Positions 35,246 to 47,657 of a stretch of 64,000 bases of DNA are shown in pieces. Within the stretch, counting starts at the first letter, position 1. The number at the start of each line of letters is the position of its first letter. The stretch is taken from assembly GCA_030324005.1 (NCBI GenBank), contig JARDVH010000099.1, forward strand, positions 63,736,167 through 63,800,166, written 5' to 3'. This DNA comes from Negaprion brevirostris. Its lineage: Eukaryota. The notes under the pieces are model-generated. The model was not told the DNA's origin. It worked only from the letters and a program-made list of their open reading frames with translations, and ran no database searches. The translations under genes were made by a program, and so were the position numbers.

Positions 35246-35809
35246 GTGAGTAAGAAGTTCAGATTGGAAATGAAGCTTTTTTGAAAAAAAGTCATCAACT
35301 AGCCTGGAGGTGCCTGGCATTATGTTACTTTTCATTTGTTTGAGCATATTCAACTCAGTTTATTTGTCTGTGCATTTGTATGTGTTTTCATTCTCCTCTT
35401 CCTTGTCCTGAATGTGATGCCTGAAACCCTGCTTGATGCCTCAGGTGCTTGTAGCTAGTTACCAAAACTATCAGAGATAATGCAGGTGTTGCAGCGTCTC
35501 TGATTTATGTTCTAAAGTGGGTGACACCACAGGCTTCATTTAGGATACAAATTGTGAACCGAGCAAGCTGGAACTCAAACTTGCCACTTTGGGTATCTTG
35601 ATATTTTCCAGAGAAAATGCCTAATCGCTTTATGGTGGGGATACCTTTGATGTATTGTCCCAAAGGAAGCACTTCTTTATTAGCTAGACAATGAGTACTG
35701 TTGCCTCGAAGATATGAACATATAAGCAGTTTTATATTTCTTGCCCACTGAATTAAAATACAAATGTTGGGGTAGTGAATGTGTTTTGTTTTTGCAACAC
35801 CAATATAGC

Positions 35810-36450
35810 AGCTTTATCATAGAACATCGCAAAGCACTTCCGTTATAAAGCAACATACAATATGACAACGAGCCACATCAGGAGGTATTAGGTCAGATGA
35901 CCAAAAGCTTGGTCAGAAAGGTAAAAGGAGGGAAGCGGGTGGAGACCACTGAAATTGGGAATCTCAAGAGGACATAGATGTCTGAGGATTGTAAGATCAG
36001 AGGAGATTTCAGAGCTGGGAGGGGTGAGAGCAGGGAGGGTTTTCAAAACAAGGATGAGAATGTTCAAATCAAGACTGTGTGACTAAGAGCCAGTGCAGAT
36101 CAGCTGGTATAGCACAGGACCTGTGCAAGTTAGCACAGGAGCAGATGTTTTAAATTGCATCAATTTTATAGAAAATGGAATATGGGAGACCAGCAAGGAG
36201 TGTTTTGGAATCAAGCTTTGAGGTGATTATGGCATGAAGGAATGTTTTTGCAACAGATGAGCTGAGACAGGCAAAGTTGAGTGATGTTGCAGAGGTGGCA
36301 GTTGGTCGTTTTAATATTAGCATGAACCTGAGATCAGAAGCTCACCTCTGGGTCAACTGCGACACAAATGTTATGAACAGGCTTTTTACATCTGTGTTGC
36401 CAGGAATAGGAATAGAATGGATAGCTATAGAACAGAGTTTGGAGATCGAA
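35810..36450 (-). mobile_element. Old L2 LINE 3' portion
   Basis: aacatcgcaaagcactt...gagccacatcaggaggtattaggtcagatgaccaaaagcttggtc, the shark L2 3' end in reverse. Confidence 0.7.
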
Positions 36451-36585
36451 AATGATGAGTCTTCCCGTTGTCTACTTTAAAAAAAAAGTTGGGGTTTAAT
36501 GAAGGGTTCAAATGATCTATCGTAACGAGTTACTATTTTCTCATGTTAAAAGAGGCCTCTAACGTGCCTGAGTTTGTTTTATCAG

Positions 36586-36699
36586 GGATCCGAGGCAAAA
36601 ATTGCTGCTCTAGAAACAAAACTGGCAGAGCTAAAAATGGAGAACAAGCCTATTGGGGAGATGTTGAAGCAACTGATCCTATTGCTTTGTGGGACTGAG
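36586..36699 (+). CDS. LRPPRC: LRPPRC coding exon (exon 20 equivalent)
   Basis: tatcag|GGA...GAG|gtaaga; GSEAKIAALETKLAELKMENKPIGEMLKQLILLLCGTE; 114 nt. Confidence 0.94.
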
Positions 36700-36717
36700 G
36701 TAAGAATGGTAATTTCT

Positions 36718-37435
36718 TATGACCACATGAGGAGGAGTTGAATGGCTCCTCTCTTGGTCTTGTTTGAATGCAACAGATTTTTTGTTTGTACAAGTTATAC
36801 TTGCCAATTCAGTGAGTACTCAACGAGGTATCAATAGAGTAGGTTTTCTTGCGAAAAGAGGGTTTGTTTTATAAATCGATCAAAGTAAAATAATAGAATG
36901 TGCACTGACATTCTCACTCACGCCCACGCTGATGCTTTCAAAGTTCTCTCGTACAAATGCCACAATAGTTTGACCAAATTAGAGTCCACAAGAAAGGAGA
37001 AGAGAATGCAGACTGTGGTTTGGTGATTTGACTGGCATCCAGCTGAATTCAATGATCTGTGCTTCCAACGTAAAGATGTAAATGACTAAGTTAATAGTTA
37101 TTCAGGAGAGTGTCATGCTCGGTCCACCTCTTCCAAGAAATCTCTGCCTGCAGCGTTGCTGGGCAATTACAGTTAGCAACCAAGCTTGAAGCTTATCAGG
37201 TGAATTCAAGAAAAAAGGAAGGCACGAGGGACTCCAACTACATTGTCTTCATCAGCTGCATTTCCTCAGTTCTGCTGAGAAAATCTCTGCTTACAACATT
37301 CAAAAGGTTGGCTTGCCTGTGACTGCCCTCTCCAAATGACCAGTACTTTAAACTTGGTTGTGTATTCCCAGGTAAGGCTTGGGAATTCTCCTTCTTAGCC
37401 AGGTTTCCTTTAATTATATTTGATGGTTTGTCTCA
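36718..37435. mobile_element. Possible decayed LTR
   Basis: ttatgaccacatgaggagg...gtcttgtttgaatgcaacag..., LTR-like composition; no TSD found. Confidence 0.35.
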
Positions 37436-37436
37436 T

Positions 37437-37720
37437 ATGAACACATAAAGGTAAGAAGTAGGAGTAGGCTGCTCTGCCATTCAATAAGATCATGGCTGAA
37501 AAATCAAAAATTGGAACCTCAACTCCACATTCCTATCGACCTGCCCCTCCCACCCTGATAACCTTTCATGCCCTTGTTAATGAAGAATCCATCTAACGCT
37601 TTCAAAAATATTCAAAGACACTGCTTTCTGAGGAAGAGTTTTCCAGGGACACTCAATTCTCTGAGAGAAATTTCTCACCCATTCTGTCTTAAATGAGCAA
37701 CCCCTCCTTTTTTGAACAAT
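37437..37720 (-). mobile_element. CR1 3' end
   Basis: gtaggagtaggc...ccattcaataagatcatggctga...tctgagagaaatttctcacccattctgtcttaaatg. Confidence 0.75.
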
Positions 37721-38327
37721 CCCCAATTGTTTGGGTATCAGGACTTTGGCTAATGAAATAGGAAATATGGTTCATTTGTACTCCCCTGAGGTCATTGTCT
37801 TTGATGGGTCTTTGCAGACATACGTATTTCATTTCAGTGGGTTTGGAATGTGCAGTAATACAAAGTAAATAACCATCTTGACTGTTAGTTCAAGTCGCTT
37901 TAGTCTGTTTATAATGAAATCTTTTTAAATAATGATGCCATGTCATGTATGCTCTTCCTGAAGGCAGATCCTGGCTCATTTCTGTTGGTGCTCCATCTTG
38001 AGTTTTCTTGTAAGTTTCTAACAGTAGTGGTTTGCCAAGGACAGGTCAAGGAGGCAGGGTCCAAGCCTATCCCAGCTCGAATGGGAATCAAACACAGGCT
38101 TATGGTGCTACTCTGATCTGNNNNNNNNNNNNNNNNNNNNNNNNNNNNNNNNNNNNNNNNNNNNNNNNNNNNNNNNNNNNNNNNNNNNNNNNNNNNNNNN
38201 NNNNNNNNNNNNNNNNNNNNNNNNNNNNNNNNNNNNNNNNNNNNNNNNNNNNNNNNNNNNNNNNNNNNNNNNNNNNNNNNNNNNNNNNNNNNNNNNNNNN
38301 NNNNNATGCTAGTTATTCCTAGTTTAT

Positions 38328-38590
38328 CCCCCATGGCAATGCCTTGACCAGTTGAGTCAACAAAAAGCTTGGCAATTAACTGTTCGTTGGCGTATTCTCC
38401 GTGGCAATGCCTATCCCAATCAGTCTATTTGCCAACCAATCAGCATTCTATTGTGCAGTACAAATTATTTTTCCTTTTACAACTGGTATTCTCAGAAATC
38501 TGTCCTGATGAGTAGAAGATGAAAAGCTTTGACAGCATGTCTCTTTTCAACAATACTGAAGTTCTGTTCCACCAAACCACTATTTCTGTA
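38328..38590 (+). mobile_element. Penelope-like terminal repeat containing a hammerhead motif
   Basis: Twice-repeated tggcaatgcct, two CCAATCAG boxes, TATA-like gtacaaatt, then the hammerhead core; second copy at 18595-18815. Confidence 0.6.
38500..38535 (+). ncRNA. Minimal type I hammerhead ribozyme motif
   Basis: CTGTC-CTGATGA-GTAGAAGAT-GAAA-AGCT-TT-GACAG: 5-bp stem I, intact CUGAUGA and GAAA, palindromic stem III AAAGCTTT, UH site before 38531. Confidence 0.6.
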
Positions 38591-39811
38591 TCTTTCTGTC
38601 CAAGTTCATTTCTTAGGATAATGGGATGGTTAATGAAAGCAGTATTGTGGTAATCTCAATGTTGGCCATTGAGGGATTGGTTGAGGCAAGGCAATTGGGA
38701 AAAATTGGGTAAATATTTAAATCAGAGGAAAACAGTTTTGATGAGAAAGCAGGGCAGAGTGCAAGATAGAGGAAATGGATTTGGATTGCCAAATCTATCT
38801 CGGGATCTGATGGATCATTGCACTACAAACTACTACAATGCATTCCACTGAATTCTTTCTGGAGCCAATCTTGGAAATGCATCAACATGCTGGACCATGG
38901 AGTTTTGAACTATACCCCAGATCCTTGATACAGAGCTACACATTTAAGATGTGCAACTCTAGGCATTGCCAAGTGGAAACCAGGTATTTTCTCATGGGAA
39001 AATAGATTTTTAAAAAACGCTAAGTTCGCAATGTGTTGAACTATAATTTTCTATGAACTATGGTGATGGTTTGCAATAATCCTTCATTTCCTCTCATTGG
39101 ACAATAAGAGGCAAAGTGTTGAATGAGCTGCTCATTCAATGTTGAACGAAAACCGGGAGGTATTGGAGTAATGGCTCTGCTGAGGGCCATATACAAAGTG
39201 CATGTCACAAGCAGCCTTTGGGCCATATAATGATTGTACTGGTGAAGGAGGTAATGAAACACCAGCTCACAGTTTTTCTCTTTGGAGTTCATCGCAAGCT
39301 TCTTCGAAATCCTTAAATCACATAGACTTCTCCATTCCCTCTTAATTCAATTTGTAAGATGGATCAAGTGGAACTTTGGAAATCCAGGCTGACTGCCCTC
39401 ATTCAATTTCTTGTTCTCCAGAGGCTTAATAATTTCATCGCACATTGTAGACTCCAGTAGTATACAAACATGTGAAATAAGATTAACCAATGTATACTTT
39501 TAAGCTTAATCCTGTTTACTTTGAGTTGCTTCTGCTACCTTCCAGTGTTTTGACATGATTTTCCTTTCCAAATAACTTTTGCCATTTTTGGTCTCCTTTT
39601 AGATAATACTTTACATTCTGATTTCTTGACAGCAGCGTTTGATCTTTATTTCATATATTTGGAAGCATTTATATACAGACGGCATCACACTTGGATTTGA
39701 TGATGCATTGATGACCAACACCAATTTAACAATATAAATCTGATCTGCACCTGTAGCGTCCAAGTTCTGAAATGATGTTAAGCTGCCTTTGAAATGCTTT
39801 CAAAGAGTCTA

Positions 39812-40115
39812 GGGCGTGTTGGTGGCACAGTGGTTAGTACTGCTGCCTCACAGTACCAGAGACCTGGGTTCAGTTCCTGGTTTGGGGCACAGTCTGGCGA
39901 AGTCTGCACCTTCTCCCCATGTCTGTGTGGGTTTCCTCTGGGCGCTCCGGTTTCCTCCCACTGTCTGAAAGATGCACTGGTTAGGTGCATTGGCCATGCT
40001 AAATTCTCCCTCAATATACCCGAACAGGTGTCAGAGTGTGGTAACTAGAGGATTTTCACAGTAACTTCATTGCAGTGTTAATGTAAGCCTGTTTGTGACT
40101 AATAAACAAACTTTA
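39812..40115 (+). mobile_element. V-SINE, tail type B
   Basis: Full head, V-domain and tail ending aataaacaaacttta. Confidence 0.88.
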
Positions 40116-40459
40116 AAAGATTCATTTCCCTTCTGGTTTTTGAATTGGTTTTAGAAATCCATCACTTTTCTATTCCAAAAAGATAAAGCCATCCCTTCTC
40201 AAACCCCCATTCACAGAGAAGCCCAGAAAATATCTTGCCCTATTTGCAAAAAAATGACTAAAAATGTTAGAATTCCAATCAGCTGATTATTCTTTACTTA
40301 GGCCCTTGTTCAAGCCAGGGGAGAATGCAATCTTACATCTTAAACATTCATTCTGTCTACCAGTGGCACACAGTGACAGCTGCGTGCAAATACAAGATAC
40401 ATTGCAGCAACTCACCAAACTTCTTGTGATGGTATTTTGCAAACCTGCAATCTCTACTT

Positions 40460-40835
40460 AACACAAGGATAGCAGGTGGAAATACCACCATCTGCAAGTT
40501 CCCCAAGTCACATACCGTCCTGACTTGGAAACGTATCACTGTTCCTTTTCTGCTACTGGGTCAGATACCTGGAATTCTATTCCTAATAGCACTGTTGGTG
40601 TACACCAGCCCTGTTTGTGACCAGAACTCTCCAGTCACCTGACAAAGGGGCAAACCCTGAAATCTCGTGGATTTACTATTAGACAAACTTGTTGGAGTTC
40701 TCACTGTGTACACCTACACCAGATGCACTGCAGCGGATCAAGAAGCCAGCTACCCAGCATCTTCTCGAGAGCAGTGAGGAATGGGCAATAAATACTGGCC
40801 TAGCCAGTGACGCCTGCATTCCACAAATGAGTATT
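40460..40835 (+). mobile_element. 3' end of the same CR1-like family as 30684-34808, with a nested Penelope-like fragment
   Basis: caccatctgcaagttccccaagtcac...gaatgggcaataaatactggcctagccagtgacgcc. Confidence 0.8.
40607..40705 (+). mobile_element. Penelope-like pLTR fragment with 9-bp TSD and mutated hammerhead
   Basis: GTGTACACC at 40598-40606 and 40706-40714; TCAC-CTGACAA-AGGGgcaaaCCCT-GAAA-TCTC-GTGG. Confidence 0.65.
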
Positions 40836-40939
40836 ATTGAAAAAAGGTTTGCACAAAGCCATTTCATCAAGAAGTCAAGCGCTAAACACTCTATTGGTTA
40901 AAGTCAGAATGTTGGGTACACAGATACTCCATAGCATGA

Positions 40940-41330
40940 GAGCAATGGAGTTATCTGGACTGTTCTTCTTGGAGCAGATAAGGTTAAGAAATGACCCATT
41001 TACTTTTCCAAGCTGATGAGAGTTTCTGATGGAGAAAAGTTATTCCCTCTGGTGATTGGATCAGTAACGAAAGGCAATAGATTCAAAATTATAGGGAAAA
41101 AATCTAAGAGTGATGCAACTTTTTTTTTCAACTTGAGTTGCAGTGAACTGGAACACAACTGGAAAACTGGTGAAAGTTAATTCCTTAAATAATTTTAAAA
41201 AGGAGTTGGACTGGTGCATGATGATGAGGAACTCGGAAGGTTTTGGTATATCTGAGGAAGCAAGGCTGCTCTTTCTAGGAGCCAGCACAAGCACGTGTGT
41301 CAAATAGTGGCCTCCTGGGTAGCAAGTCAT
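40940..41330 (+). mobile_element. Old CR1 3' end
   Basis: ggactgttcttcttggagcagataaggttaagaaatgacc...aaatagtggcctcct. Confidence 0.65.
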
Positions 41331-42124
41331 TACTAGATAAACACGCTTTAAAAAGCGAAGGCTATACAGGCAATGTAGCATATCACTGAATAAACTTTGA
41401 ATGATACTGAACATTACAGCAGTGATCAGGGAGTTTGATGTTACAAATTGGTGGGGTTGTGCTGAGTAATTGTTTGCACAGCTGAAAATTTAATTTTGAA
41501 TTCTCTTTGCTTTGAATAGCTGGTTTCTTGAATAGCCCTTGCTTGTGTGTGTGATTAACAACAGTCAGAACTTCTGTGGTTCCCCACCCCCGGACCCCTT
41601 TTCTGATCTTGATTTCTTCTAATGTTAACTGATCTTTGTTTGTCTGCAGTTGGCTGGTACACCCTCATTGGCCAGCTCACATTTTTTTCCTTTTAACTCC
41701 TTGTTCTTTCAGACTGTACCTGGTAAAGGCACTTTTCAAGATCTATCTTATAGAAGAAAGCGAGCCTGAACGAGCAAATAGAAACTGATAGTTACATAAA
41801 GCCAAAAAGGGACAGCTTTGTTCCCCATAGCCAAATATTACTGTTTCTCCTGACTGACGATTAATAAACAAACACGGAAGAATGTGCAATCTTGCACATT
41901 TGTTTTCATTTTAAAGACAGGGCTCCCTTCAATCATTTACTTCATTAGTGTGGATGACATTGTTGCCAGAAGATCTCAATGACCATCTACAAATTTTCCC
42001 CTACAGCCTATAAATATAGGATTTTGTGGTTGCTGTTGAGTTGCTGGAGCAGGGATTTCCACCAGCAAATCAGTTTGTGTCTATTTGAATTTAACAACCA
42101 TACACTTACTAATTTTGCATTTCT

Positions 42125-44420
42125 TGAATATTTTCTCCTGCCCAATGGCAAGAAACAGGTGTTCAGTTTCCTCCCGGATGCTTTTTCTCCACGTTTTGGG
42201 CCAGGCACTCCAGTTATTGGTGGGGAAGTTGTATTTTTCGAAGGCAGCTTTGAGGGTGTCCTTGAAGCATTTCTCTGCCCTCTGGGGCTCATGTGCAGTG
42301 CCAAAGTTCCAAATGGAGCATTTGTTTTGGGAGTCTTGTGTCAGGCAAGCGATGTGGCTCACCCAGCGGAGCTGATCAAACGTGGTCGATGCTTCGATGT
42401 TGGCCTGAGAGAGAACATTTGCAGGATCTAGTGCAGACAATGCTGATGACACTTTGTACATTCTCTGAGCCATATAGGATGATGGGTGTCTATATTGTTC
42501 TGTAGACCATGAGCTTGGTGCTGGGTCTGAGCTCTTGGTCTTCAGACACTTCAGGCAGTTGATCGCTGTGCCAGAACACTGAAAGCAGTGTTGAACCTCA
42601 TCGTCGATGTTTGTTCTTGTTGGCAGTAGGCTCCCAAGGTATGGAAAGTTGACCATATTGTCCAAGATCACATTGAGATTTTGATATCTAGGGGACAGTG
42701 TTGTGTGGCAAGGCAGGTTGGTAGAGGACCTTTGTCTTAGATGGATGTTTAGTGTAAGGCCCATGCTGTTGTACACCTCAGTGAAGGTGTTGATAATGAC
42801 CTGGAGCTCAGTCTTAGCGCTTGCACAGATGCAAACATTGAATTAGGTTAAGCAGACAATGACAGAGGATGAGACAACCTTCGATATGGCCTGCGGGCGG
42901 TAGAGGTTGAACGGATTCTTGTTTGTGTTGTAGTTTAACTCCATTCAAGTGAGGGGCTTGCTGAGGCTGAGATGGAGCATTGTTGGAAGAAAGATCAAGA
43001 AAAGTGTTGTTGTGATGACACTGCCTTGCTGACTCCAGTCCAGAAAATGTGAATAGAGTCCATGATGAATCGTTGGTCAGGATCCATGTCGTCGTGGAGC
43101 AAAGCCTGGGGACAAATCTTTGGGGCCAGCTGAAACAGAAGAGCATTCCATAATTCCTCATGATTGACTGTCGAAGGCTTTTGTGAGGTCAATGGAGGCC
43201 ATGTACAAGGGGTTGTTGGTGTTCCCTGCACTTCTCTTTCGTTACCACACAGTGAAGATCCATGTTCTTTGTGCCTCATAGCGGGTGCATTTAATATTGC
43301 AGCTCTGGGAAGAGCTCTTATGCTGCAGCACAGTGGCGATTTATGGAAGCCTCTTGTGATGACCTTCCCTGTAACCACCTGCAGGGAAATTCCACCGGGG
43401 TTATTGCAGTCAGATTTCTTGCCTTTCTTAAAGATGGGTCACCATTACAGCATCTCTGAGATATCCTGGCATGTTCTCTTTCTTCCAGCTAATGGAAATG
43501 AGATTATCTATTCATATAATTGTGCCTCTCTGCCTTGTTTTAGTGCTTTTGCACTCCAGATGCCTTGTTATCCTCCAGTTGTCGAATGGCCCTTCTACCT
43601 CATGCTAAGATGGTGACGACAGAGGGATATAGTGGAGACCACGTCTATTGAAAACAGAGTCTCTGTTAAGGAGGTTAGAACGTAGAACATTACAGCGCAG
43701 AACAGGCCCTTCGGCCCACGATGTTGTGCCGACCAGTTAAAAAGCAATGACCCTCTAACNNNNNNNNNNNNNNNNNNNNNNNNNNNNNNNNNNNNNNNNN
43801 NNNNNNNNNNNNNNNNNNNNNNNNNNNNNNNNNNNNNNNNNNNNNNNNNNNNNNNNNNNTTGATTCCCAACTTTCAGGGATCTATGTACACATACACCTA
43901 GATCCCTCTGTTCATCCACACTATTCAGAGTCCTACAGTTAGCCCTATACTCTACACATCCGTTATTCCTGCCAAAGTGAATTACCTCACACTTTTGTGT
44001 TGTTGAAGCGCTCTTCCAAAAGGGCGCTAACTGCCTCTCCTTGGATTAATGTCTCTCCATTTTTGGCCAGCAGTGGAATGGGCCTCGGGTGCTTAGGCTA
44101 TAGATGATCTCGACTGCAGGAAAGAAGCCTTATGCGTTATTGTTGACAGCTAACTGCTGGATCATCTGTGCTTTCTGCATCCGCCATCTTTTCTTTGGGT
44201 CATGGTTTTTTTTTTGCTGACCTCAACCATCAGCCATCAGTAGAACTGCTTTCATGTTCTTGAGTTGGGTTGGTGTTTCAGGTTCACAATAGGCTGATCG
44301 ATTCCTGGATCTTCTGGTCATTCTCTGAAAGTGGGATAAAACTTAGACTGCCTGTGTGACCTTCGATCGAATGTAGTAGTCTGAAAGTTTGACATTGTTA
44401 TTCATCACAGTTCTAGCCTA
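42125..44420 (-). mobile_element. Decayed RTE-clade LINE (RT region)
   Basis: Minus YNSMGLTLNI...VILDNMVNFPYLGSLLPTRTNIDDEVQH...DQLRWVSHI...KCFKDTLKA; VTGKVI, LYMASIDLTKAFDSQ and VNHEELW-type RTE motifs. Confidence 0.85.
43676..43995 (-). mobile_element. Younger CR1 3' end nested in the RTE
   Basis: tagaacgtagaacattacagcgcagaacaggcccttcggcccacgatgttgtgccgacc (CpGs retained). Confidence 0.8.
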
Positions 44421-45944
44421 ATGACCAACCTTCATCTGCTTTACAGTGGAAAAATAGACAAAGAAAACCAGCTGTGGCCATTATTTTGTGCCTGGAAACC
44501 CAGTGCAGATTGTAGGTGGGAGCATGCAGCTACAAACTGTTCGGTCTGACCACATATAAACTGGTGGCTTTGGGGAGGTAACCTTGGGTGTTAAATTTGA
44601 AATTTAGAAAACATTTATTTGGCAGTTTGTTGACAGAAATGTTAATACCAAGTCCAGGCATGCAATTCGTACAAAATCTTCAGTTTTAGAAAATGCCAGG
44701 CTCCCAAGCGTTTATCACCCCAACATGGTTGGTCAGAGGAAAACCATTGCACAATTTTCTAAATAAAAGACAAATTAAAAATGTGCAAAGTTAGTCAAAT
44801 TTTATTCTTCCTGGGAAAGCTAAAGATAGGTGAAATCCCTGATGAAAAATACTTTATGCTCTCTAAATCAATTATTGGTGCACACTATTCACATCTCATT
44901 TTGTCAAGTTCTTTACTGTCTTGGTCAATTGGAATTGTAATCCCCAGTACCTGTTGTATGGTGATTCTAAAACATGGGGGAAGGAGGTTTGAAGGAATGT
45001 TGGCCTTTCTGTTATGAAACTTGGAAACTTAAATTGCCATGTACTTCAACCCAAAGCAGAAAGAAGTTTGAGAATCAAGTGTGTGTGACATGTTTCTGGG
45101 TGTGCATGTGTCCAGCAATAGACCATCTGATGGCTTTATAAATTACTCAGCTATAGTCCAATTTGTGTTTTTTTTAATGACATGATTGTACTTCAAAAGA
45201 TTAAGATACAGTTAAAACCATGTATTGAAGTATCCAATAAAGATGTGTCACAAGCTATTTGGAAGGTCATGAAATAAAAGGGGCTGTAGTGAAGTACATG
45301 TTAATATGTTCACCACCCCCACCCCCCTCCGACCAGGTACATCTGTTCACATTTAATTGGAAGCAGTAATGCTTATGAAAATAACTAACTGCAGTGGAAA
45401 TTGTTTCTTTTAGAGCCTAATTACTTTCTGTCAATGCATCCATTGGGGGAAGGGTATCTTAAAATGAATTTGTTCTCCATAATTATAGATGCCTTAAAAC
45501 TACAGAGAGACTGAAAGAGTCTAAAGCATTTTAGCTCAAAAATAATCTGATTTTCGTGGTCACTGATCTCGAAGAAAGCTGCCCACAAAAAATAGCGATC
45601 TCTTATGGAGTATAGTTCCCGTTTCCTGATGTCAAATTGAGTCTGGTGCCAAGTAAAGGTGTCCAGCAACACTTGTGTCATCAAGCAGTCAATTGCATGG
45701 AAATATTCTTGCAGGCAGCAAACCCAGTTAATTAAAATGCACTGAATATTTCACTTATTATTAACATTTTAGAGTAAAATAAATGATTGGGTCACTCACA
45801 TGAGATTAAAGTAGAAGCAAAAAAAATGCTAAAAAGTGATAACAAATAATATAAAGATTTGATATTCTACAAATTTGTTTTCGGGGCTGGTGATTTGTTC
45901 AGTAATTATGAATTTGGTACCTTATTTGTTCCACACAAATTCTT

Positions 45945-46228
45945 TTATTACTATTGCAAGTAGGCTTACATTAATACTACATTGAAGTTATTGCAAAAAT
46001 CCCTTAGTCGCCACTGGTGCCTGTTCGGGTACATTGAGGGAGAATTTAGCATGGTCAAAGGACCTAACAAACATGTCTTTTGGACTATGGGAGGAAATTG
46101 GTACACCTGGAGGAAACCCAAGCAGATATGGGGAGAACATGCAGACTGCGCACAGATCGAGAACCAAGCTGGGAATTTAACCTGGGTCCCTGGCGCTGTG
46201 AGGCAGCAGTGCTAACTACTGTACCAGA
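45945..46228 (-). mobile_element. V-SINE, tail type B
   Basis: tttattactattgcaagtaggcttacattaatac...gtccctggcgctgtgaggcagcagtgctaac. Confidence 0.85.
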
Positions 46229-47012
46229 GGCAATGACTATCTCCCAACAAAGAATCTTGCTACCTTCGCTTTACTTTCAATGGAATTAGCATTTGTGAAT
46301 CTTCCAAAATCACCATACTGGGGGGGGGTTACTGTTCACCAGGAACTGAACTGGATTAGTCATATAAATACTACACTTGATCTGAGCCAAAAGGTCGAGA
46401 GTTTATTGGACTTCTATGAGGATGTGTCTCAGGCGGTGATAGAGGAGAACCGGTGGATGTGGTCTTTCTTGATTTTCAGAAGGCGTTTGACAAGCTGCCT
46501 CACAAGAGGTTATTGCAGAAGGTAAGGGGGCATGGAGTTGGGGGTAGGGTGTTAGCGTGGATTGAGGATTGGTTNNNNNNNNNNNNNNNNNNNNNNNNNN
46601 NNNNNNNNNNNNNNNNNNNNNNNNNNNNNNNNNNNNNNNNNNNNNNNNNNNNNNNNNNNNNNNNNNNNNNNNNNATCTTATTGAATGGCGGGGCAGGCTC
46701 GAAGGGCTGGATGGCCTACTCCTGCTCCTATTTCTTATATTCTTATGTTCTACTAAGGCTCCATCAACAACACTTCCCAAAGTCACACACCATCCTAACT
46801 TGGAACTGTATTACCATTCCTTCATTGTTGCTGTGCCAAAATCCTGGAACTGACTATCTTTATTGTCCTAACAGCACTGTGGGTGTACGTACATTACATT
46901 GACTGCAGTAGTTTGAGAAGGTAGCTCAGTGCCACTTTCCCAAGAGAGACTTAGGGGCGGGTAATAAATGCTGGTTGAACCAGCAGCATCCACGTCCTAT
47001 GACTGAATAAAG
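46229..47012 (+). mobile_element. Nested CR1 fragments (RT piece DVVFLDFQKAFDKLPHKRLLQKV inside a second CR1-like 3' end)
   Basis: ORF 46453 carries the CR1 RT motif; flanks match the 30684-family 3' region. Confidence 0.82.
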
Positions 47013-47064
47013 AAAAACACTAACACCTCTTTCAACAAGGGTGTAACTTTTTCGAAGGTTTGCA

Positions 47065-47440
47065 GTGCAAAGCGAGGGTTGTCTCTCCTTGGAGAGAAGT
47101 GAAGATTTGATCGAGGTGTACAGGATAATGATAGATAAAATGTTCCTAATAGTTGACAATACAAGGACTAGGGCAATCAGATTTGAGGTTTTGGGCATCA
47201 ATTTGGGGGTTAAGAGGAAGAACTTTTCTATACTGCAAGTGCAGAGTAATGACTTGGAGCTAGCTGCCAACAAGGGTGGTGGAAGACAAGTTTGTCAATC
47301 ATTTCAAAAGGATATTGGATCGGCTGTTGAGAAAAATAAACTTGCAGGGTTAGTGGCATAGATTGGACAATTGGGACTAACTGAATTGTTCTCAGCTGAC
47401 ATGGACTAAATAGGCTGAATCCTCCTGTGCCCTAACAACT
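47065..47440 (+). mobile_element. Old CR1 3' end
   Basis: SLERSEDLIEVYRIM...TRTRAIRFEV...RKNFS, a CR1 ORF2 C-terminus. Confidence 0.75.
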
Positions 47441-47657
47441 GAGCAGTTCTCGCTAGTTCAGCGATTACTATTTGATCGCAATCTGCGGATACTTCAAAAA
47501 CCCTCTTTTGGAAACTGAGAGTGACTTCCAGATTTGTGTACGTATGTTGACTTGAGAAATTGTTGTCGTTTCTGAAGAGTAATTAGTGGCAAATGCTAAG
47601 TTTCACCATTATTATCACTGCAAAGTATTGGTCAATGTTTAATCTCAGATTTTTTTC

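Noticed and set aside
42081-42776. 231-aa minus-strand ORF as a possible nested gene
   Set aside because: RTE LINE reverse-transcriptase C-terminal remnant with frameshifts; no sign of domestication.
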